In this document: positions 56,901 to 64,000 of the stretch, in pieces
Layout: each line of letters begins with the position of its first letter
Position numbering within the stretch: position 1 is the stretch's first letter
Source of the DNA: Eledone cirrhosa
Taxonomy: Eukaryota
Assembly (NCBI GenBank): GCA_964016885.1
Contig: OZ024744.1
Span: forward strand, 10,850,001 to 10,914,000
DNA: 64,000 nucleotides
Direction: 5' to 3'
Made by a program: the position numbers and the translations under genes
The notes under the pieces: generated by a model
What the model was told of the DNA's origin: nothing
The model's input: only the letters and a program-made list of their open reading frames with translations
The model's database searches: none

Positions 56901-59900
56901 TTGTACTCCAATATGTCATGTTGTTGTACTCCAATATGTCTTGTTATAGTCCAATATGTCGTGTTGTTGTACTCCAATATATCATGTAGTTGTACTCCAA
57001 TATTTCGTGTTGTTGTACCCCAATATGTAGTGTTGTTTATACTCCAATATGTTTTGCTGTTGTACTCCAATATGTTGTGTTGCTGTACTCCTATATGTTG
57101 TGTTGTTATTCTTCAATATGTTGTGCGGTTGTACTCCAATGTGTTGTGTTGTTATACTCCAATATGTTGCGTTGATTTACTCCAATATGTTGTGTTGTTG
57201 TACTCCAATCTGTTGTGTTGTTATACTCCAATGTGTTGTGTTGTTATACTCCAATATGTTGTGTTGTTGTAGTCCAATATGTTGTGTTGTTGTACTCCAA
57301 TATGTTGTGTTGTCGTACTCCAATATGTGATGTTGTACTCCAATATGTCCTGTTGTTGTACTCCAATATGTTGTGTTGTTATACTCCAATATTCCGTGTG
57401 GTTGTACTCCAATATGTCATGGTGTTGTAGTTCAATATGTCGTGTTGTTGTACTCCAATATGTTGTCTTGCTGTACTCCAATCTGTTCTATTGTTGTACT
57501 CCAATATATTGTGTTGTTGTACTCCAATATATTGTGTTGTTGTACTCCAATATGTTGTGTTGTTGTACTCCAATATGCTGTGTTGTTGTACTCCAATATG
57601 TTGTGTTGTTGTACTCCAATATGTTGTGTTGTTATACTCCAATATGTTGTGTTGTCATACTCCAATATGTTGTGTTGTTGTACTCCAATATGTTGTGATG
57701 TTGTACTCCAATATGATGTGCTGTTGTACTCCAATATGTTGTGTTGTTGTACTCCAATGTGTTGTGTTGTTGTACTCCAATATGTTGTGCCGTTGTACTC
57801 CAATATTTTTTTTGTTTTTGTACTCCAAAATGTTGTGTTGTTATACTCCAATATGTTGTGTTGGTGTACTCCAATATGGTGTGCTGTTGTACTCCAAATC
57901 TCGTGTTGTTATACTCCAATGTGTTGTGTTGTTATACTCCAATATGGTGTGTTGTTGAACTCCAATATGTTGTATTGTTTTTCTCCAATATGTCATGTTA
58001 TACTCCAATATGTTGTGTTCGTGTACTCCATTATGTTGTGTTATTATACTCCAATATGTTGCGTTGTTGTACTCCAATATGTTGTGTTGTTATACTCCAA
58101 TATGTTGTGTTGTTGTACTCCAATATGTCATGTTGTTGTACTCCAGTATGTCTTGTTATACTCCAATATGTCGTGTTGCTGTACTCCAATATGTCATGCT
58201 GTTGTACTCCAATATTTCGTGTCGTTGTACTCCAATATGTCGTGCTTTTGTACTCCAATATATTTTGCTGTTGTACTCCACTATGTTGTGTTGTTGAACT
58301 CCAATATGTTGTGTTGTTGTTCTCCAATATTTTGTGCTGTTGTACTCCAATGTGTTGTGTTGTTATACTCCAATATGTTGTGTTGTGATACTCCAATGTG
58401 TTGTGTTGTTGTACTCCAATATGTTGTGTTGTTATACTCCAATATGTAGTGTTGTTATACTCCAATATGTTGTGTTGTTGTACTCCAATCTGTTGTGTTA
58501 TACTCCAATATGTTGTGTTGTTATACTCCAATATGTTGTGTCGTTATACTCCAATATGTTGTGTGGTTTTACTCCAATATGTTGTGTTGTTGTACTCCAA
58601 TATGTTGTATTGTTGTTCTCCAATATGTCATGCTATACTCCAATAAGTTGTGTTCTTGTACTCCAATATGTTTTGTTGTTGTACTCCAATATGTTTTGTT
58701 GTTGTACTCCAATATGTTGTGTTGTTGTACTCCAATATATCATGTTGTCGTACTCCAATATGTCATGTTATACTCCAATATGTCGTTGTTATACTCCAAT
58801 ATGTCATGTTGCTGTACCCCAACATGTCGTGTTGTAGTACTCCAATATGTTTTGATGTTGTACCCAATATGTTGTGTTGTTGTACTCCAATATTTCGTGT
58901 TGTTGTACTCCAATATGTCGTGGTGTTGTACTCCAATATGTTTTGATGTTGTACTCCAATATGTCGTGTTGTTGTACTCCAATATGTTGTGTTGTTGTAC
59001 TCCAATATGCTGTGTTGTTATACTCCTATATGTTGTACTGTTGTACTTCAATATGTTGTGTTGTACTCCAATATATTGTGTTGTTATACTCCAATATATT
59101 GTGTTGTTGTACTCCAATATGTTGTGTTGTTGTACTCCAATATGTGATGTTGTTGTACTCCAATATGTCGTATTGTTGTACTCCAATATATTGTGTTGTT
59201 ATACTCCAATATTTCGTGTTGTTTTAGTCCAATATGTCATGTTGTTTTACTCCAATATTTCGTGTTGTTGTACTCCAATATGTCATGGTGTTGTACTTCA
59301 ATGTGTCGTATTGTTGTACTCCAATATGTTGTGTTGTTGTTCTCCAATATGTCGTGTTGTTATACTCCAATATGTTATGATGTTGTACTCCAATATATTG
59401 TGTTGTTGTACTCCAATATGTTGTGTTGCTGTACTCCAATATGTTGTGTCGTTGTACTCCAATATGTTGTGTTGTTATACTCCAATATGTTGTGCTGTTG
59501 CACTCCAATATGTCATGTTGTTGTACTTCGATATTTCGTGTTGTTGTTCTCCAACATGTCGTGTTTTTGTACTCCAATATGTTTTGATGTTGTACTCCAA
59601 TATGTTGTGTTGCTGTACTCCAATATGTTGTATTGTTGTACTCCAATATGCTGTGTTGTCATACTCCTATATGTTGTGCTGTTGTACTCCAATATGTTGT
59701 GTTGTACTCCAATATGTTGTGTTGTTATACTCCAATATGTTGTGTTATTGCACTCCAATATGTTGTGTTGTTGTACTCCAATATGTGATGTTGTTGTACT
59801 CCAATGTGTTGTGTTGTTGTACTCCAATATGTTGTGTTGTTGTACTCCAATATGTTGTGTTGTTATACTCCAATGTGGTGTGCTGTTGTAATCCAATATG

Positions 59901-60099
59901 TTGTGTTGTACTCCAATATGTTGTGTGGTTATACTCCAATATGTAGTGTTGTTATACTCCAATATGTTATGATGTTGTACTGCAATATATTGTGTTGTTG
60001 TACTCCAATATGTCTTGTTATAGTCCAATGTGTCGTGTTGTTGTACTCCAATATGTCATGTTGTACTCCAATATGTTGTGTTGTTGTACTCCAATATGT

Positions 60100-61157
60100 T
60101 GTGTTGTTGTACTCCAATCTATATCGCTGTTGTGCTCCAATACGTTGTGTTGTTGTACTCCAATATGTTGTGCTGCTGTACTCCAATATGTTGTGTTGTT
60201 GTGCTCCAATATGCTGTGTTGTTGTACTCCAATATGTTGTGTTGTTGTACTCCAATATGTTGTGTTGTTGTACTCCAATCTATATCGCTGTTGTACTCCA
60301 ATATGTTGTGTTGTTGTACTCCAATATGTTGTGCTGTTGTACTCCAATATGTTGTGCTGTTGTACTCCAATATTTTGTGCTGTTATACTCCAATATGTTG
60401 TGTTGTTATACTCCAATATGTTGTGTTGTTGTACTCCAAAATATTGTGTTGTTATACTCCAATATGTTGTGTTGTTATACTCCAATATGTTGTGATGTTA
60501 TACTCCAATATGTTGTGTTGTTGTACTCCAATATGTTGTGCTGTTATACTCCAATATTTTGTGTTGTTATACTCCAATATGTTGTATTGTTGTACTCCAA
60601 TATGTTGTGCTGTTGTACTCCAATATGTTGTGTTGTTATACTCCAACATGTTGTGTTGTTATACTCCAATATGTTGTGTTGTTATACTCGAATATGTTGT
60701 GTTGTTATACTCGAATATCTTGTGTTGTTATACTCGAATATGTTGTGCTGTTGTACTCCAATATGTTGTGTTGTTGTACTCCAATATGTTGTTGTACTCC
60801 AATATGTCGTGTTGTTGTACTCCAATATGTTGTGCTGTTGTACTCCAATATGTTGTTGTACTCCAATATGTCATGTTGTTGTACTCGAATATGTTCTGTT
60901 GTTGCATTCCAATATGTCATGTTGTACTCGAATATGTTGTGTTGTTGTACTCCAATATGTTGTGTTATACTCCAATATGTCATGTTGTTGTACTCTAATA
61001 TGTCATGTTTTATTCCAATATGTCGTGTTGTTTTATTCAAATATGTTGTGTTGTTATATTTCAATATATCATGTTGTACTCCAATATATCATGTTGTACT
61101 CCAATATGTTGTGTTGTTATATTCCAATACATTGTGTTGTTATATTCCAATATGTGT
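60100..61157. repeat. Divergent terminal monomers at the array edge
   Basis: This stretch carries variants I did not notice elsewhere: CCAATCTATATCGCTG twice (~60,114 and ~60,275), TACTCGAATAT several times (~60,685-60,935), 18-bp monomers (~60,777 and ~60,841), and increasing TATTCC/TATTTC/TATTCA core changes toward 61,157. Confidence 0.85.
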
Positions 61158-61532
61158 CTTACACCAACAGATTTATAGACATGTATTGCATGCTATGCTG
61201 GTTATTGTTGTCAACTTTCATTAGTCAATTTTCTGGCTGTCCTTATCACTTTGTTACTGACTAATCAGGCCAACATTGAAAGACTATAGAACCATAAATC
61301 CGCATATTAAGTTTTCCTTCACAAATTGTGTATTTTTATGTAGCTTGTTTAAATTCTACATTCTTTTCAAAAACATCTGCACAATCTTTTACCCCTTTTC
61401 TTTATTGGGGGTGACAAAAGGCCTTTCTTTTCCAATTATCCTCACATCTTTCCAATACATTCAAAGATAACTTTACACAATCCTTAAACCTCAGCCTTGG
61501 TTTGTGCTGGGGTTATTTTCTGCATCTGTTTT

Positions 61533-62137
61533 AGGTCCCTCACAGGAGGACAGAAATACGAACCTAACCCATAATTTCTTTGTGGACGATCTGAAACTCT
61601 ATGCCAAGAACATGGATGGGATGAAGAAAGATCTTGACCTGGTTACAACATTCTCAAATGATATAGGACAGTGGTTTGGCCAAGATAAATGTTCATATAT
61701 GACTGTAAAGCGGGGGAAATACTACAACCCAGTCTAACAACATTGTCATCAATGTCCTAACTGTTTCACCGATATCTGATGAGGACTGCTACAGATACCT
61801 GGGGATAGATGAGAACATATCCTATAATGGTATCTGTAATAAGGAACGCGTAACCAGGGAATACTACACCCGATTAAGAAAGATCTGGTCATCGGAACTC
61901 TCTACGCAAAACAAAACAGTGACTCACAATGTGTTTGCTGTGCCTGTTCTAATACCAACGTTCGGAATACTCAATTGGAAGATAGACGAAATCCGAGCAA
62001 TTGACATGAGGACTCGAAAAATACTAAACAACACCGGAAACTTCACATCAACAGTGACATAGACCGCCTTTACTTGAAATGTAGCAGGGAGGCAGAGGCC
62101 TAACATCAGTCCAGACAACATTTGAATGTCGCATCAT
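61533..62137 (+). pseudogene. Reverse transcriptase C-terminal domains/thumb fragment of the retrotransposon ORF (frameshifted)
   Basis: The FVDD, FGxDKC, YRYLG and GGRGL motifs are present. Frameshifts are needed near ~61,730, ~62,045 and ~62,088, and the N-terminal RT domains are missing. Confidence 0.85.
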
Positions 62138-62479
62138 GGATGCACATGGCTTAGTGGTTAGAGCATTGGCCTTGCAATCGAAAGGTTGTGAGTTCAATTC
62201 TCAGACCGGGTGATGTGTTGTTTCCTTGAGCAAGACACTTTATTTCACATTGCTCCAGTTTACTCAGTTGTAGAAATGAGATGATAGGGACTGGGGTCCC
62301 TATCATTCCACTGCAAAGTGGTCGTGGAGGTGCCACGGCAAAAAAGCACCCAGCACTCACTGTAAATGAGGTTGGTGTTAGGAAGGGTATCCAGCTGTAG
62401 AAATCAAGCCAGAATCAGTTCCCGTCCCACCCTTGCAAGCAGGGAAAAGTGGATGTAAAATGAAATGAATGAAATGATG
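62138..62479 (+). mobile_element. tRNA-derived SINE (342 bp) inserted into the retrotransposon ORF
   Basis: It has a Pol III A box TGGCTTAGTGG (62,147-62,157) and B box GAGTTCAATTC (62,190-62,200), a CORE/V-like motif CCTTGAGCAAGACACTT (62,224-62,240), and a (TGAAA/TGA)-type tail (~62,453-62,479). ATCAT flanks it at 62,133-62,137 and 62,480-62,484. Removing the insert and one ATCAT restores the host frame FECRIISLRQHL. Confidence 0.9.
62147..62200 (+). promoter_or_regulatory. Internal RNA polymerase III type-2 promoter (A box and B box) of the SINE
   Basis: TGGCTTAGTGG fits TRGCNNARYGG and GTTCAATTC fits GTTCRANNC, with tRNA-like spacing. Confidence 0.75.
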
Positions 62480-63446
62480 ATCATATCCCTTCGACAACAT
62501 CTACGATCCTGGAAGCGAAGGAGCCCTTCTCTCGAGCAATTCTCTCTTCATGAGACAGATAAGATCATGGGAGTTGGGAAGGAACTCCTTGAAAGATGCT
62601 CCCTGCATGATAATCAAAAACTCACCCCTAGGGAAATTGCCCAGCAGTACTGCAGCAAACCCATGGGTGAAAAACTGCATGCTTATCAGCAAAATATCAT
62701 GCATGGATATGTTGCCAGGAAGCTCCAGAGTGAGAGTAATATAGATAAGGAAAGTAGTCTATCTTGGACCAACAACCGCTATATTGGCTCCCACTTTGAA
62801 GGATACGCTTTTGCAATCCAAGAACAGGAGATTAACACGAAATACCTGATTCACAAAAGAGATAGGGATGCAGGCAAAACACCTAGATGTGATAACAAGT
62901 GCAGACTCTGCAGAACTAACATCGAGGATATCACCCATGTCATCAGCAGCTGTCCAAAGATGTCATCACGGTACTATCTACCTATGAGGCATGATATAGT
63001 GGCAAAAACACTGTACAATGCAGTTCGTAAAAAAGATAGCCCGATAATAAACACATTAAAAGCTACAGCAATGTGGAGGACATCCTTAGACATATTATGA
63101 AAGAGTACTGGTGGAATGTTCCAGTAAAAACCCCAATAAAATGAAGGCATAACAGACCAGATATTGTGATATGGGACAGGGAGAAGAAAACATGCACAGT
63201 AGTGGAAGTTAGCTGCCCAGCAGATTCCAATATAATATTAAAGATTAGCGAAAAGGAGAATATTTATGCAGAACTAATGAGAAATCTGCAGATACTCCAC
63301 CCTGATTACACCTTCAGATTTATGCCTGTGATTATTGGGTCACTGGGATATGTTAGTAACTGCCTCAATACAAATCTTGAGAAGCGAGGCTTCACAGGAA
63401 CAGAAACAGTAAAAAATGTAAAACATTTCAAAAATTCTGCATCTAA
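62480..63446 (+). pseudogene. Zinc knuckle and restriction-like endonuclease part of the retrotransposon ORF (disrupted)
   Basis: This covers ORFs 62,465-63,100 and 63,166 onward. There is a frame change between ~63,045 and ~63,100, an in-frame TGA at 63,142-63,144 just before RHNRPD, and a frameshift near 63,415. Confidence 0.85.
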
Positions 63447-63450
63447 TAAC

Positions 63451-63562
63451 TGCATATACACGTGTACAGACACAAAGCATATACACATGCACACATACAA
63501 CTCAAAATATACACATCCACACATACAATAACATCCATATCTACACATGCATGCATATCTAC
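63451..63562. repeat. Degenerate CA/TA-rich low-complexity (microsatellite-like) tract
   Basis: The sequence TGCATATACACGTGTACAGACACAAAGCATATACACATGCACACATAC...ACACATCCACACATAC... begins directly after the retrotransposon stop codon. Confidence 0.7.
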
Positions 63563-64000
63563 CTAGTTGATGGAGTTCCTCAAATTTTTTAGCCTCTGAA
63601 TAAAACCGAACTTTTGGGGGTCAAATTGTTTATATACTTTGTATAAAACTTTGTTAAGATTGTAGCTCCATTGTATACAATGGTTGTAGTTGCAATTTGG
63701 TCGAAGGAGACTTACGTGTTTAGCCATGATGAGTTCGTCTATTCACTAATATTTGCATCTATTTTGAAAAATAGATGATGACATTTAAAAGTTGACAAAG
63801 GTTTGTCAGAGTTAAATTTAAAGTTATTCATAGCTTGGGTAATATGTCATTTCAGGTAGTTTTTAATTCTACAACTGTATTTTAAATGTCCATATCAGTG
63901 TAATGTAACAACGCAGTATTTATATGTTAAAATCTATGTAACGTTTATATGAATAGATGTGTTGCAATATATTTACAGTTCAAACACTTATGTAGAAATA

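Larger units (their letters stand above)
22200..57330. repeat. Homogeneous higher-order repeat core: ~4.6-kb unit (~200 monomers) plus two ~6.1-6.2-kb long variants; boundaries approximate
   Basis: The rare marker AAAAGGCCAT starts at 23,203, 27,671, 33,790, 40,021, 44,609, 49,197 and 53,762, giving spacings of 4,468, 6,119, 6,231, 4,588, 4,588 and 4,565. The 231-aa minus-strand pseudo-ORFs at 22,783, 27,251, 33,370, 39,601, 44,189, 48,777 and 53,342 show the same spacings. Confidence 0.95.
1..61157. repeat. Tandem satellite array, 23-bp monomer TACTCCAATATGTTGTGTTGTTG (about 35% GC; + strand T/G-rich), continuing beyond the left window edge
   Basis: The core TACTCCAATAT recurs about every 23 bp from base 1 to the last degenerate copy (TATTCCAATATGTG, ~61,143-61,156). 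Six perfect consensus monomers lie at 13,169-13,306. Frequent variants are TTATAC for TTGTAC, GTCGTG/GTCATG for GTTGTG, and 20-bp monomers such as TACTCCAATATGTCATGTTA; 18-, 22-, 24- and 25-bp monomers are rarer. I saw no inverted segment or foreign insertion. Confidence 0.99.
61533..63446 (+). mobile_element. 5'-truncated, degenerate non-LTR retrotransposon with reverse transcriptase, CCHC zinc knuckle and restriction-like (PD-(D/E)xK) endonuclease; R4/Dong-like clade
   Basis: Manual translation across frameshifts gives the following motifs in order: THNFFVDDLKLYA (RT YxDD-type motif, FVDD at 61,579-61,590), FSNDIGQWFGQDKC, CYRYLGIDE, IWSSELSTQNK...FAVPVLIPTFGILNW, DMRTRKIL, DIDRLY..GGRGL, EGYAFAIQEQEINTKYL, CRLCRTNIEDITHVISSC (C-x2-C-x8-H-x4-C, 62,900-62,953), RHDIVA, RHNRPDIVIWD, VVEVSCP, EKENIY, PVIIGSLG, and a terminal CKTFQKFCI* (TAA at 63,444-63,446). 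The clade call is from motif recall, not a search. Confidence 0.9.

Noticed and set aside
1-61157. CRISPR-like array (constant TACTCCAATAT plus variable intervening sequence)
   Set aside because: The intervening ~12 bp are point variants of one sequence, not unique spacers. There are no cas genes or leader, and the SINE/LINE context is eukaryotic.
1-61157. Telomeric repeat (23-bp TG-rich units occur in some budding yeasts)
   Set aside because: The TG-rich strand runs 5'->3' toward the unique flank, opposite to a telomere at the left end. Kilobase HORs of ordered variants indicate recombinational amplification rather than telomerase synthesis, and no TTAGGG-type repeats are seen.
1-61264. Hundreds of ORFs encoding Cys/Val/Leu-rich or Thr/Asn/Gln-rich proteins (keratin-associated, metallothionein or mucin-like appearance)
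   Set aside because: They overlap in all six frames with the same 23-aa cycles. Stops and frameshifts are scattered without frame preference, and a stop-free 23-bp monomer explains them fully.
61515-61534. Splice-acceptor-like TTTTCTGCATCTGTTTTAG at the 5' truncation point, suggesting exonisation of the retroelement
   Set aside because: The downstream frame is broken within ~200 bp, there is no transcript evidence, and such motifs are common in AT-rich DNA.
61776-61790. Hammerhead ribozyme core CTGATGAG
   Set aside because: It lies in the RT reading frame (SDEDCYRYLG), and I found no correctly placed GAAA with supporting stems.
62138-62212. Functional tRNA gene (possible TGC anticodon in CTTGCAA)
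   Set aside because: The acceptor and anticodon stems pair poorly, and the sequence continues into a SINE body and tail flanked by a target-site duplication.
61276-63548. Short ORFs 61,276-61,470 (+), 61,924-62,121 (-), 62,151-62,360 (-), 62,501-62,704 (-), 62,550-62,744 (+) and 63,306-63,548 (-)
   Set aside because: They have no recognisable motifs and are chance or shadow frames over AT-rich DNA, the LINE, the SINE or the microsatellite.
63599-63604. AATAAA polyadenylation signal downstream of the retrotransposon
   Set aside because: It is expected by chance in AT-rich sequence, and no poly(A) tail or target-site duplication follows.

Overview
This is eukaryotic repeat DNA, and no intact gene is supported. 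Bases 1-~61,157 (about 96% of the window, open at the left edge) are one head-to-tail, single-orientation satellite of a 23-bp monomer, consensus TACTCCAATATGTTGTGTTGTTG, roughly 2,700 monomers. Every ORF in this part is an artefact of a stop-free 23-mer. The monomer variants are ordered into multi-kilobase higher-order repeats (HORs). A homogeneous core at ~22.2-57.3 kb has periods of 4,468, 6,119, 6,231, 4,588, 4,588 and 4,565 bp. It is bracketed by a ~5-kb block that recurs ~38.5 kb apart, and is surrounded by a more scrambled layer and a decaying right edge. The last ~2.8 kb holds a 5'-truncated, frameshifted non-LTR retrotransposon (RT, CCHC knuckle, restriction-like endonuclease; R4/Dong-like). 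A 342-bp tRNA-derived SINE with a 5-bp target-site duplication interrupts it, and a CA/TA-rich tract and AT-rich sequence follow. The SINE resembles cephalopod (octopus-type) SINEs from recall only. I found no new protein-coding system. The most interesting signal is the layered, nested HOR architecture of a very short-monomer satellite.
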